Shown here: positions 12,499 to 24,947 of the stretch, piece after piece
How positions within the stretch are numbered: position 1 is the first letter of the stretch
Layout: each line of letters opens with the position of its first letter
DNA from: Lepidodermella squamata
Taxonomy: Eukaryota; Animalia; Gastrotricha
Direction of reading: 5' to 3'
Assembly: GCA_047495785.1 (NCBI GenBank)
Contig: JBLDXI010000048.1
Coordinates: 1,054,001 to 1,118,000 of the forward strand
Length of the DNA stretch: 64,000 bases
Translations under genes and position numbers: made by a program
The notes under the pieces: generated by a model
Databases searched by the model: none
What the model was told of the DNA's origin: nothing
What the model saw: the letters and a program-made list of their open reading frames with translations, nothing else

Positions 12499-12811
12499 TA
12501 CGTTAGCGTTTCGGTATAACTCTCTATTTGACGGTAACTGGTTTACGCTGTTGTAAGCTCGCGAGCGGCTGCGCGCGCTTGCAATATCAGATTAACCATT
12601 TGTGGCGGCGCGCAGTTCCAGCTCCATTTCTATTCCTCCATAATATGAGCTAAACTTACCGCTGAGAAATTAATTTTACCGCACGAAGTATTTGCACGCT
12701 TTAGTGTCGCAGTGTAGTGCCGTTTACCTTAAATTGTTTACCGCAACCAGAGAACAATGGCGATATTGAGTTACCGTCATATAGAGAGTTATTCCGAAAT
12801 GCTAGCGGGTA
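12499..12811. mobile_element. Non-autonomous TIR element, ~310 bp
   Basis: ~40-bp imperfect inverted ends: TAGCGTTTCGGTATAACTCTCTATTTGACGGTAACT and AGTTACCGTCATATAGAGAGTTATTCCGAAATGCTA. Confidence 0.7.
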
Positions 12812-12860
12812 GTAACTCTTTAACGTAACTACTTACTAGGGCAAAAATCGGAATTTATTT

Positions 12861-13121
12861 CAGGTGACTAGCTCGGGATCGATCAGAGCCCTCAGTCGAA
12901 AATTATCCACGAAATTTCCGCTGCATTTGCCCACCAAGTCAATAGATGTATTCGGTTACCGCGATCGGCCGAGGAAGTAGCCACCAAAGTTCGTGAACTT
13001 GCTGATTACGGCGGATTCCCAGGTGCATGGGGTGCTATTGACTGCACTCATATAAGAATTCAAAAACCGTTTCTTCGAATGGTTCCAGACCCGGAGGGAG
13101 ACATTTCGAAATCGAAAAGGA
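12861..13121 (+). mobile_element. PIF/Harbinger (HARBI1-like) transposase relic
   Basis: Translates to GD*LGIDQSPQSKIIHEISAAFAHQVNRCIRLP...GFPGAWGAIDCTHIRIQKP, then FRNRKG after a frameshift. This is the GAIDCTH...NRKG signature around the first catalytic Asp of Harbinger transposases. Confidence 0.85.
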
Positions 13122-13247
13122 ATAAAATGAGTTTTTCCAACTTGTGCTCGCATTATGATTGCCTCCAAAAATTACAGATATTTCTGGCATAATATAGAAA
13201 CAACTTATGTAGTTGTTAACAATGAAAATCGAATTAACAATGTAAAT

Positions 13248-13477
13248 CGATCCTGTTTTTTGGAAGGATCCTGAAAATTTCCGCCCAGAACGTTGGATTG
13301 ATCCAAATAGCGGCAAACTTTCCTCTCTCATTCCTCATTCCTCCCATTTCATGCCGTTTGCTACCGCGCAGATTCAGTTTCGACTTGGTCACCATAGATG
13401 TTGAATTCGAAACTAGCGATTCTCGAAGTATCATAAACACTTGCCCTGAGTATAAAGTCATTGTACGATCGCGTTAA
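13248..13477 (+). pseudogene. Duplicated 3' fragment of the CYP2-clan P450 with the heme-Cys region deleted
   Basis: Matches 10310-10595 (DPVFWKDPENFRPERWIDPNSGK...NTCPEYKVIVRSR*), but jumps from ttcatgccgtttg to the agattcagtttcgac region, removing GPRICMG. Confidence 0.85.
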
Positions 13478-13573
13478 ATTTGTTTACTGATAATGATTTA
13501 TTACATACTTATAATCGATGATTATAGTTAAATATATGGACGCTTCTGTTTAAATTGGGATTATTTAATAAAA

Positions 13574-13897
13574 TCAGCAGTAAGAACAGCACACGCAAGC
13601 TCCTCTGCTGTAAGCTTTCATGTAAAGCGGGCTGAAGTTGAAGGAGGCACAAGTTGTCTGACATATTTGTTTCGTCGATGCTTGCACAAGCCGAACCGTT
13701 GAATCGCAGATGCAATTTATGCGGTTAACTGGGAAGTTCGCATTGAAGTAGAATCCACGATCTGGCGTTTGAGTTTGACAATATGCCTTGCACTGTGACT
13801 CGCTGTTCGCCTTGATTGCTTGAGCTGATTTAGTTGCTGCTGAGCTTCCAGAGGCTAAGACGAGCAAAGCTAAAGCGAAAAAGGTAACGGTTTCCAT
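13574..13897 (-). CDS. Small secreted Cys-rich peptide, type A (copy 2), 107 aa
   Basis: Start at METVTFF (ATG 13897). Mature protein identical to copy 1. Confidence 0.85.
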   Translation of the reverse strand: METVTFFALALLVLASGSSAATKSAQAIKANSESQCKAYCQTQTPDRGFYFNANFPVNRINCICDSTVRLVQASTKQICQTTCASFNFSPLYMKAYSRGACVCCSYC

Positions 13898-14162
13898 GTT
13901 ATATGAGGGAATGAGCTGTGGCAAATCGTGATCACAGCAAGAGCACGGGCTTTATATCATGAATTATCACGTGGTTGATACGCTTGTTTACTTTGTTGAA
14001 CACGATTCTGTTGGATTATATTTCAACAATAGGGCCTGCCACGGCGGTATGCAATAATATGTTTTTCTATGCTTAATAATAAGACAGACATGTCGTGATT
14101 AGCCAATTACCATGTTATTTTATTTTCCACCTCAATTAGGATGGGAATTATTTAAGATAGAT

Positions 14163-14468
14163 TTAGTAGCGAGAGCAGCTGCAATAAGTACCATCGAAAG
14201 AAGCACCGAGGGGCTTGCGGTAGTCAGCACTGTAGCTGGCGCAGTAGCTATCGCATTCAGCCTCGTCGCCAACAAAGACCATGGAGAAGGGATCAGAGCA
14301 CTCGCAGTTGACTCCTTTTTCGGCTTCTGAGTCGAAGTACAGAACATCCTTGTCGAGGCTGGTACGGCAGAACTTGAAACAGCTCTCTTCGCTCTTAGCC
14401 CTAATCCGCTGGCTGGAAACAGCGGCAAAAGCACAGGCGAGCATAGCGATAACGAAAACGGCCTTCAT
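14163..14468 (-). CDS. Small secreted Cys-rich peptide, type B (copy 2), 101 aa
   Basis: Signal peptide and the same 8-Cys frame as copy 1. About 26 differences in ~85 mature residues. Confidence 0.85.
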   Translation of the reverse strand: MKAVFVIAMLACAFAAVSSQRIRAKSEESCFKFCRTSLDKDVLYFDSEAEKGVNCECSDPFSMVFVGDEAECDSYCASYSADYRKPLGASFDGTYCSCSRY

Positions 14469-14993
14469 TTTGATAGTTGAGCTTGTAGTATTAGAAATTG
14501 TAAGACTTTTAGATGGAAATTAGAACTGAGCTGGCTAGTTTTATACCCAAATCCGCCTACCCATGTTAGCAGTTAGCACGCCCTCGGAAATGAGGAACCT
14601 CGAGGATGTTTAGATGTCAACATTTATTCACCTGTAAATAATTTCATGCAAATTATACTTTTCGGCAATTTTCACTACAGGATTACAGATTTTTTATCCG
14701 ATGAGTAACTTGACTAGCTGTTCATCTAAAGTAACACACGACGATCGATCCTATAGCTGTCTAGTTGACAGCCCCAGCATTCGCTTAATTTCGTCATTTT
14801 CTGTTTACACAAGGGCTTGAAATGGAGCGAAATAACGCTAATTATGAGTGGGATGAGCACCGACACGGTGCGGTGCCTTGCTAAAAGTAATCGTATGAAT
14901 GTATCTATGAGGGCATTTCAGTTAATTAAAGTAAATTATTTGCTAAGCGATTAGGAAAGCCATTTCCTGAAGCTGAGGCCCAGTTTGATGCTT

Positions 14994-17742
14994 TCAGCGA
15001 ATATTAGCAATGCTTTTTAGGCGTGGGATGAAAGGAATCAGCGAGCTGAGAGCTACGTTAATTAGGACCACGACAGAGATCGCACTGAAGACTTCGTTAG
15101 TGTTGGATCGGTAAAAAGCTGTCATAATTGCGAAACCAGCTACAGTCACGCCGATCATGCCGAAGCAAGAGATTCGAATGAACTGCAAATCAGCAACCTC
15201 CTCGAGCCGTTTCTGAAATACAAAATGAGATTTTGAAAAGCTCAAATAATGTAGCCTAACTACATTTTTCAAGACAAACGCTAAAAGAGCCATGCGAAGT
15301 ACCATGATTGTGAAAATGCAAGCTACAGCTGTAATGAATCCGAGATTGACTTCAAGTTGGCTATTCATCGAGCAGACATAAGTGTAAGGTTGATAAGCCA
15401 CGCTGCTTTGAACAGTCGAGTACTCTAGTGGATACTTTATCAGCTGAACTTCGATCGGTGCTAAACCGAACCAAACTGCTGCAAGGGTCGTGATAATCAA
15501 TGGAGGTAGAACAGCAATTCTGAGGGATTTTCGGTAAATCTTATTAAGATGACGAGCTCTTCGTTGCGAAGAAACAGGTTTAGGTGTAGGCGCACCCCTA
15601 GATGCCCCTCCAGCAGACAAAAGTTGGACGGAACCACTATTTTTCGACTGGCCTCCTTGAGCAATTGCTGAAGCAAGTGTTGGACTCATTTTCAAGCCAG
15701 CCTGTAGCTTGCTGAGAAGAGAAGCGAAAAGTAGGCTGAAACCAGCTGCGAGAAGCATCCCGCCAACAATGCAGTTATCATTAACAGAGTTCGGACCACT
15801 TGCCGGCATGGCGAAGATGAAACCCAAGCTTAACAAGTTACCGAAGCAGATCAGAATGTTGTTAAGGGGCATGTTGTAGTTCACGAGTTTTGAGAATCTC
15901 ATGACGTGAAGAACGATTACCACAACGTTGAAAATTGCGAGCAGGCATGCAATAGCTAAAGAAATAATTCAAATCTTCTGCTCTTTCCTAGAAATGACTT
16001 ACCAATCATCGCAGCGCTGGTCGATTTGGGAATGAGATCGACCTTAACAGAGAAAATTCTCAACACATCTGAAGGTGGCAATCCATCCATAGTTCTCCAA
16101 ACCATACGAATCGCATTTGGGATAACCCTTGGATTTTTATCTCTTTCATCATAGCTAAGGACAAGGTTAACTTTGTTGTAGAGAATGGTAGTGCTCAGTT
16201 GCTCTGGAGGTTCCACGACTTGATAGAAGGCAGTTTCGCCCTTCGCCAGAGTCATCGAAGCATTCACACTGGTTGCAAAGCCACTGTATTGAAGATTTTC
16301 GAGAGCTGATTTGACCATTCGATGGATGACACTGCCATTATTCTTGAATTTCTCTTTCTCAACAGTCCAATCTAGCAAAGTCTCGTTTCCTATGGTAGAA
16401 ATTACATTCACATTCGAAGATCATGCCACCAAGGGCTCACTTTTCTTGAGCTCTTTATCAACCATATCAAGAGCAACGGCAGCAGCAGCCACCATGTCGT
16501 AGTTATGACCCCTCCAGTACCAATAGAACGAACTCAACCTTGGTTGATCGAAGCGGTCTTCGAGTAGTTGATTGAAGAGAACCGATTTTGTACCGAGAGT
16601 TGTGGGTTCGGTATAACTCGGATTGTTCACCCTCATATTCAACGTGAATACAAACGTACTGAGTAGCATTTCGTATAGCATTTGCTGGGTGCACCATCGA
16701 TACCTCGATGCGTCATTCGGCATATAAAGAGATTGCCCGGGTATTATAAACACGTAATCTGGCCCATAGTAGCCCTTTCTATGTAACCAACAAGCGACCT
16801 GAATCACATTGTTAGTGTTAAGGACCATAATTCTGGGGTAGAACGCGATAAATTCGGACACGGCTTGGCCGATTTCCGCTTCGGTTGCCACAACCCCAGT
16901 TGGGAATGTCAATTTGACTGTTCCTTCAACAGTCATGCCGAGATTCCGCATCTGCTGTAGCATGATATCATCCAACTAGAAAACCTTATTGAGTAAGTCA
17001 ATCACCTTGAATAGTACAAACTTACCCAAACATTGTAGCTAGCAGATTCTGTGAATAGGTAAATCTTGTTCCAGCCAATGTGCTTCAAGAATTGGGGTAG
17101 GGCAACGTAGTACGTAGTGAAGGAACCGGCCATGACGTAGAATGCCTGAAAGCTCACTCTATTGGTGTAGATCTCGGGTAGAATGGTTGAAACTGCCACG
17201 CCAGCGTAGTTATAGTGGTGGAGAAGTCGTCCCGTTTGCGCCTGGGCTGGGCAGAGGGGCCCGGACATGAGCGGGACTCGAAAGACTCCGGGCTTAATTT
17301 CTTCATTGTAGTAGTCCATTAAATTCCGCAAACCACCCTGCCTCAAGCACTGGGAGAGAAGTGTATGAGTTAGAATTTGAGCTACATATGAATAATTTTA
17401 TTTTACTAAATCATCGGATGGCTCAACCACAAATTCGTAGTCGCTTAGGATGGAGGAATTAGCTACAGCCTCCACTGCTATTCGCATCGATTCGGTTGCA
17501 ATCGGACCAAGAGTGTACGGAGTAGGTCCACCTTGTGATTTTGTTCAAGATCAAATAATCCAAATAAGCTTCAAAGTCTCACCATAGTTTGTGGATGCAA
17601 ACAGTCTGATTTGGGGCTTATTTGAAGGGGGTGGGGCTATCAGAGCTGGTTTCGGTGATTTCGCATTCCATTTCGTGAAATTCTGCCCATGAGTTTCCAA
17701 TAATATGGATAGAATGACTAGAAAAGCGTATAAACTAATCAT
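14994..17742 (-). CDS. Class C GPCR, GABA-B-receptor-like, divergent (multi-exon)
   Basis: Signal peptide, then Venus-flytrap-like exons (GPLCP, LKHIGWNKIYLF, PRIMVLN, ACWLHRKGYYGPDYVFI, YDMVAAAAVALD), then a direct link (DGLPPSD) to seven TM helices with no Cys-rich domain, ending FIPRL. Short introns separate the ORF-track pieces. Confidence 0.88.
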
Positions 17743-18361
17743 GTTTAGTTCAAACCTATTGGCTTCGAAATATTGCTAGAATTGCTGTTCATGATAGAGC
17801 ATTCTCAGATTAATTAGCTCTCTAGCAAAGTAATTTTCTTAAAAGAGTCTGAGACGTTATTAAAACCAACCCACGTTCTTTAGTTACCTGTAACGAGATA
17901 TCTTCCCTTGCGCTCATTTGTGGAACTTGTTATCCTACTATGTTTTACTCATTATTAGTGCCGACAAAAAATTCAATGTACCAAATGAATTCAGGTAATG
18001 GATTTTTGAGTATATCAATCTCGAGAATGAGCTCCGTCATTATGATGCCAAGAAATCTGATCTGTTCTAACTGAATCGGGAAATTTGAAGATAGTACTTC
18101 TGGGCTGTAGGGTGTAGAGTAAGTTGGTGAGAGTAAATGATTGGGTTGCTTTTGGAGCGGCGTTTGGCATCCATCCAATCGTCATATTCTCGAAAACTAA
18201 CTCTGAGGATGAGGATTGAAACGTTGAAATAACATGGAAATAACGAGCTACACACCGGGAATTTATTTAGCCTGTAATTCAAAGAGTGCAAAGCGATAAA
18301 ATGCAAGATATTTTCGACTTCAATCTACCGAATGTCATGCATAAGGCTGAAATTTCCAAAT

Positions 18362-19813
18362 TCAAGCCATATTACTGTCTGATGCTGCAATGAAGCAGGA
18401 ACCTGCTGGTGTTGGGAATTTGCGAAATTCCTTCCGTCCGAAAATGGCGTTGTAGCGTTTCATGAGATCCTCAGGCCATTGGTCTCTTGCTTTGCATGCA
18501 ATTTCCATGTCAAAGCAGAAATACGGCCTTCTCCACATAACTTGGAAGAAGCACCAATTTTGAACTTTTGACACCATATTGTTGCATTCGAATTCTTCCA
18601 TGTAGCTCTTAAAGTTCGCTACAAACTTGGTAATACAGCTGCTGTGATCCACAAAACTAGCGTAGGCAGTATACTTGATTTTCTCGCACATTTGAATCAG
18701 GGTGCAATTTGTGCAAGATCCGTAGAATATTTTCGACGTTATGCCGATCAAACGATAGCCTTGTAGTGGGCTTTTTAAGCAAAACAGCGGTGCCCCTGAA
18801 TCCCCCGTGCATGTCGCATCTGGGAATTCTCCTCTTTGTGTGCAAATTGAGTTGAAACTCGTCAAATTCTTTGGACAACGCCCTAGAAGATAGGATTGGC
18901 CGACAATTGGGCTGTTAGGCGAATGTAGCATTGTGGCAGTATCTTTCACTCCCCAACCTATAAGGAATATTTAAAAAGGGAAAGGAGAGGGGCAATATTT
19001 TTACCGACTGTGAAGCAATGCTTGTTACTGCCAACTTGATCTACGTTGATGTAGCTTGTTACCTCGGGGAGGCAAGCTCGATTTTTCGTGATTCGAGTGT
19101 AATCCGCATGTTTCCCAGCTTTCAAGTTCAAATGAAGTAATGCAATGTCCACCGATGGGTCTGCATCATCTGGAAGGAGCAAAATGATCAGATTCAAATA
19201 TATTTCCGTAGTTTTACCCCTCTGCGCAATATTGTAATTTTTGTGGTAGAAGTAGTGGTCGACTGGGAATTCTGGGGCGTTCGTATTATTCCACGCATCA
19301 ATTCCGAGTTTTACTAACAGCGATGGCGATTTCAAGCGTGAAGCTGGCAAGCTGAAGACATCTGTACAGGTTTCGATCTTGTCCACGATGTCGCAGTGGC
19401 GAACACAATGTGCAGCTGTTAGGACAAGATCCTCGGCTATAAGAATGCCCGAACAAACGGCCGTACCAAGCTCACTAGACAAATGTTGAGAATTTTAGTT
19501 ATTATAAGCTTACTAGCTTCATCAGCGTACTCTGGAAGCCTTCTCAGTACCAAAGCGCTCCAACCTACCCCAGCCTTGATCGGTACGCCATTCAGAACAC
19601 GAGCATACTCACCGCCCTTCCTCAGCTGGGGCGTGGAGCATCGTCGAGATTCCTCTAAAAAACCAAGAAATAACAGCTTCGAAATAGCTTTCTTAATGTT
19701 TGACTTTTACCCAGCCTGTCTTCGATGCAATAGATTTCATCTTTGCTACAGAATGCGCGAACCAAGGTGAACAGCGCACATAAGCTTAACAGGAAATTCT
19801 GAATATTGGTCAT
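18362..19813 (-). CDS. Secreted S1A serine protease with Cys-rich C-terminal extension (SP1, multi-exon)
   Basis: Signal peptide MTNIQNFLL, activation site R|VLNG, and TAAHC, DIALL, GDSGAP. Confidence 0.88.
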
Positions 19814-19920
19814 ACCTTTAATAGTGAGAAAGGATAAGCTGCATATCATATTTATCAATCTCGACAGACGCTCAGTACGTGACAGAAATTCTTTTTTTAT
19901 TGCTTTATACTGTATAATGT

Positions 19921-21489
19921 TCACCCATTAATGACTTTTGTGTAAAGCTCCTCTGTTGATACTTTGAAACAGGAATTCGAGTTTTCGTAATCGAACTCCA
20001 CAAACCTAGCGTGGGAATCAATTGTTTTTTTATCAGTCTGCAACAGACTTTCGGGCCATGACTTCCGATCCTTGCAGCCAACAGTAACATCGCTACAAAA
20101 ATCCTTTTTTCTTTTCGCCACCTGTGCACGGCAATACTCACCAAGTTTTTGCTTAGTTTTCTTGCATTCGAAATTCTTTTGATAATTCCTAAAGTTGCTC
20201 AAAAACTGATTGATGCAGCCCGCATGCTCTGCAATATTAGCAAAAGCCGTATGTCGCTTGCTATCACAAGATCCTGTAATTGGGAAAGTTGCTGCTGCGA
20301 TCCCAGCTAGACGATAGCCCTCCAGGCCACTTTTCCAACAGAAAAGGGGGCCACCGGAGTCACTTGTGCACGTGGATGAATCCTTTGAATTTTGCATCCT
20401 CGAGGTGCAGAATGCATTTGGGTATTTTTCCTCACATTGCCCGTGTAACTTTAATCGCCCTATTACAGGCCTGTTTGGCGACTTTTCCTTGGTGGCATTA
20501 TCCATCTCCCTCCAGCCTTGAAACAGTTAAAAAGAAATCAGATGAATTATTTATGGCTAAGAAAACTTACCAACGAAAAAGCAGTCTGTGCCGACCTTCG
20601 CTGCGCTTATTTCGAAAAGACCCGTTGGCTCTGGAATGCAGACCCGATTTTTTGGTGAATTCGTATATTGCGGATTTCTCCCAGCTTTAAGATCCAAATG
20701 AAGGATGGCAATGTCAAACCCGGGTCGGAGCGGTTCGATTCCTGATATTATATAAGGCCATTTTTAAAATAAAAAAGCATTACACCCCTCATACCCAGCG
20801 ACATGTTGAAGCTGTTATGGAAGAAGTAGTAGTCGACTGGGAATTCCGGGGCATTCTTGTCAGTCAGCGCACCGCTTCCAAGTTTCACTATCACAGAAGG
20901 CGCCTCGATGTGATTATCGTGTAGGGTGAAAATATCTGTGCAAAACCCGCGGTTAACATTGCAATGCTGTAGACAGTGAGCAGCAGTTAGAACTAAATCG
21001 TTTGTTATAACTACACCAGAGCATTTGTGAAAATTGTCTTTCCTGCAATGTGAAATCTTTAACTTAGTCCTTGAAGAATGAAAGTTTTCAATTCACAAAC
21101 CCGAAGCGTGTTGACAATTGCTCACCATTAGGATCCCTTCGCAGGACGAGGGCAGTCCACCCAACGCCACCCGAAATCGGTATGCCATTTAGCACTCGCC
21201 GCTTCGCTCCGGCTTTTCTCAACTGGGGAACTGCACATTGCTTTTTGCTATCTGGAAGATCAATTGTTATAAACGAAACTTGCATAATTAGCAGTAATAA
21301 CTGCTAAGTAGGATTAATGATCAATTAACCCCCTTTCTAAGAATGGAAGCGAAGCTTACCAATAACATCGTTTATGCAATGACTTAGACCGTTACCGCAA
21401 GTTGGCGAAGCGTCATTGCCACTCAGTATTACATGAAGACAGATAATAAAACTGAAAAGATTTCGATGAGAAGTTTTATCGGGTTTCAT
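19921..21489 (-). CDS. Secreted S1A serine protease with Cys-rich C-terminal extension (SP2, multi-exon)
   Basis: Start MKPDKTSHRNLFSFII, KRR|VLNG, and TAAHC, DIAIL, SDSGGP (Gly193 to Ser). Confidence 0.88.
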
Positions 21490-21639
21490 TTTTAGTTGGG
21501 AAGCTCAAGCAGCAGATGCACAATCGACGCAAGTCTGCATGCAGAAATTACGTGACCTAATTTACATTATAAGGTAACGTAATAACTAAAGATGCAAATC
21601 TGAACTTTTATTTTCACAGACTCTTTAATTTGACAAAAA

Positions 21640-23163
21640 TCATCGGGGTTTCTCTGACGAGGCTAGAAAGCAAGAACGGTCAGGATTGGGAAATTTCACA
21701 AATATATCAGGCATTTTCACAATAACCTGTAGCATTCTCAAATTTAAATCCGAAAAAAGTTCTCCTGACTTGCATTTCTCCAACGTGTTGTGGCACATGG
21801 GTGACAAAATCCCCAACGGAGAACGGTGACAATATCTCTTTATGATTTTCTGTTCCGTCTTCGCACATTCATAGTGCCTTAGATGCTGGCTGAAATTCTC
21901 CACGAACCGCGTGATGCAATCGGCATGTTCAGCGAAATTCGCAAAAACAGTGTATTTGACATTCATGCATTTTTCGTACGCACTGCAATGTGAGCAGTTG
22001 AATAAGAAATCCACGTTGTTAGCAGCTACTCCGGCGAATCGATAACCTTGAAGCTGGTTCTTCAAGCAGAAAAGAGGCCCTCCCGAGTCGCCTTTGCAAG
22101 CTGAGTCGTCAGTGGAGTTTTGTTCCCGGTAAGTGCAGAAGGAGTTCTCCAAACGGTTGCCAGGAAATAATATCGCACTACGGTAAATGGCTGGGCACCT
22201 TCCGTAAAGCGACAGTTGTCCAATGGCTGGTCTAATATTTGGACCATATTGCCTGCCCCAGCCTGGAAAATCTTAATAAGAGATATTTATACTCAGGCTT
22301 ATTCGAACGAACCAACAATGAAGCATTCCATATCTTTTTCAGCCCGGGAAATGTCGATTCTTCCAGTGATTTCAGGCAGGCAAATTCGATTCTTCGCTAT
22401 GGTCGTGAAGCTTGAGTTCCTCCCTTTCTTCAAATCTAGAAGAAGGATCGCCAAGTCTACGCCGGCTCTGATTCCTTTATCTGAAAAATAGTCCTCACGT
22501 AAAATGAAGATGGAAAATTGCAGACCTTACTCATCGTCATATTGTAATCTTTGTGATAAAAGTAATGATAAACCGGAAATTCAGGAGCATGCGGGTCTGT
22601 CAGGGCATCGCTGCCTAGTTTCACGATCATAGATGGTGAATGTAATCGATCATCGTTGAAACTGAACTGATCAGCGCAAATTGTTTGGCTGTTGATGTCC
22701 TCCTCGCAATGCTGAACACAGTGCGCCGCTGTCAGCACCAAGTTTTTAGCGATGACCATCCCAGAACAAGATTGAAATCTCCCTTCTCTATAGTTATAGT
22801 TATCCATTATTTTGTTCCTTGTAAATGATTTTTCCAGTTATAACATACCCGAAGGCTGTCGTGATTGGCTTTCCATTAGGGTGGCGTATCAGTATCACAG
22901 CGCTCCATCCAACAATACTGGAATGAACGGGTGAACCAACTACCCGTAACCTTGAACCATTTTCCCTCAACTGAGGAGTGGAACACTGCCTTGCTTCCTC
23001 TATCATTTAAAAATTGGTAATTGGAAAGGTGGCGAGCTGCAAAATAAAAGCTACCGATTAGATCTTCAACACAGAGCTTCTCGTTTTCTTGGCAGAATGA
23101 CGCAACAAGCTGAGATTGGAGCGATAAAGTGACTAGAGTAACACAAATGATGCAAGATTTCAT
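21640..23163 (-). CDS. Secreted S1A serine protease with Cys-rich C-terminal extension (SP3, multi-exon)
   Basis: Signal peptide MKSCIICVTLV, RLR|VVGS, and TAAHC, DLAIL, GDSGGP. Confidence 0.88.
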
Positions 23164-23550
23164 GTTAGGCAATAATTGGATCTGTTTCGCACCTGAAGGC
23201 TGTCTCTCACTGATGTTATTCTGCAGCCTAATGAGAATTACGTGACATAGATTCACACAGCTGTTCACAAACAGACCAGGGCAATCTTCAGCTTGAAGCC
23301 TGTTAGATTATTGACATTTTGGAAAAAAGTGTAAATAATTAGTTATTTTTGCCTCGATTAACGCTGGGATGCCATTCGGTTATTGAAAATAAGATATAAA
23401 CGTAACGAAAAGAATAGAGATAAAGTTTTCGAATGTGTTAAATCACATAGGCCAATTCTGAAAATAAAAATGCATTTATCCTAAGGTTAAAAGATCCTTT
23501 ATACGCAATTTTTTTGACACGAGAAGAACGAATCAAAATCTGATAGTTTA

Positions 23551-24947
23551 TTATTGAATTTCTGTTGAAGCCTTGAGGCAAGAACCGCTAGGCACCGGGA
23601 AATCGGCGTAAATTTTTCTGAGGTCGTATTTCGCCATCTCAGACTTCATCTTCTGGTACCATGGCTTGCACGCAATTTCAGTCAAATTTCTGGTACAAAA
23701 CAGCATTTTTTTCCTGCTTCCTTCGCTATCGCAATACTCCTTAACAACTTGAATTTTCTTCCTGCAGCTGTACTGATTCAACATCCCGGGTAGGCTGACT
23801 AGTAACTTGTTGATGCAGTCGTGATGTAGGACGATGCTTGCGAATCCCGTGAGAATAGCTTTACCGCAGGATTCATTACTATGTGTTGAACTGAGTTCAA
23901 TTCCTTTCGATAGGATTCCTAAGAGGCGGTAACTTCGCAACCTATCGTTATAGCAAAATAGCCCCGATCCCGAGTCGCCAGAACAAATCGAAGGCTCCGA
24001 GTAGGATTTGATCAAGGTGCAAAAGCCTCCGTTACTTTTGACTGGACACTTACCGATCAACTCAAATTTCGCGAGGAGAGGAACATCTGTTAAAGTTACC
24101 GGATTGCTGGATGTGATACCCCATCCTAAACGGGTATCATAGTTGAAAGCAAAGAAACATGTTTTTCAACTTACCGACTAGGAAGCAGGTTGTATTTTCG
24201 TTTGTTTTATTAACATCGATTCGACCACTTCGCCGGGGAAAGCATACTTTATTAGACCTCTGCAAGGTGTAGGTCTTATTATTTCCTCGATCCAAGTCCA
24301 GGTGAAGTATGGCTAAATCCGCACCAGCTTGATAGCTATTGTTTGCAATCGTTATGTTGTAATCTTTGTGGTAAAAGTAGAAATCAACCGGATACTCAGG
24401 GGCATCTTTCGCCGTGTTTGCATTTATGCCAAGGCGAACAACAATGGCTGGGGAGAGTGATCGATCTTTCAGGCTGAAAATATCAGTACAGACGGGAGGC
24501 TTCTCCGATTCATCGCAGGATCGGACGCAATGAGCTGCGGTCATGACTAGATCTTTCGCTATGACGAAGCCGCTACATCTGGCGCGCCCTATCCTTTTGA
24601 GAATGCGCGAGAGTCAGCGATCAGAGTCAGAGAATATTACATCGTCATACCAGCGTTTCTTAGTGGAGTTATCATAATTAATTGTTTTTATGAGGATTTG
24701 AGCAACCCAGCCAGCCCCGCTAGATACCGTCAAACCATTCGCCACTCGTCCTTTCGAGGCTTCTTCCAACTGCGGATTCGAGCAACTTGCCCTTTTGTCT
24801 GAAAGATACCTGGCCTGAGAAAATACGGTATTTGAAAAAAAGTAAACCTATCACATCCTTGATACACAGCCCGTTCGAGCAACTCGAAGAAACTTTTTCG
24901 CAAGACAAAGCTAGAAGGCAGAACCATTTTAGCACACTAATATTCAT
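23551..24947 (-). CDS. Secreted S1A serine protease with Cys-rich C-terminal extension (SP4, multi-exon)
   Basis: Signal peptide MNISVLKWF, KGR|VANG, and TAAHC, DLAIL, GDSGSG. Confidence 0.88.

Larger units (their letters stand above)
13248..14990 (+). repeat. Tandem segmental duplication of ~10310-12320 (CYP tail + peptide A + peptide B + upstream region)
   Basis: Collinear similarity across coding and intergenic DNA, e.g. atttattcacctgtaaataattt, caggattacagattttt and agtaatcgtatgaatgtatc occur in both blocks. Confidence 0.9.
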
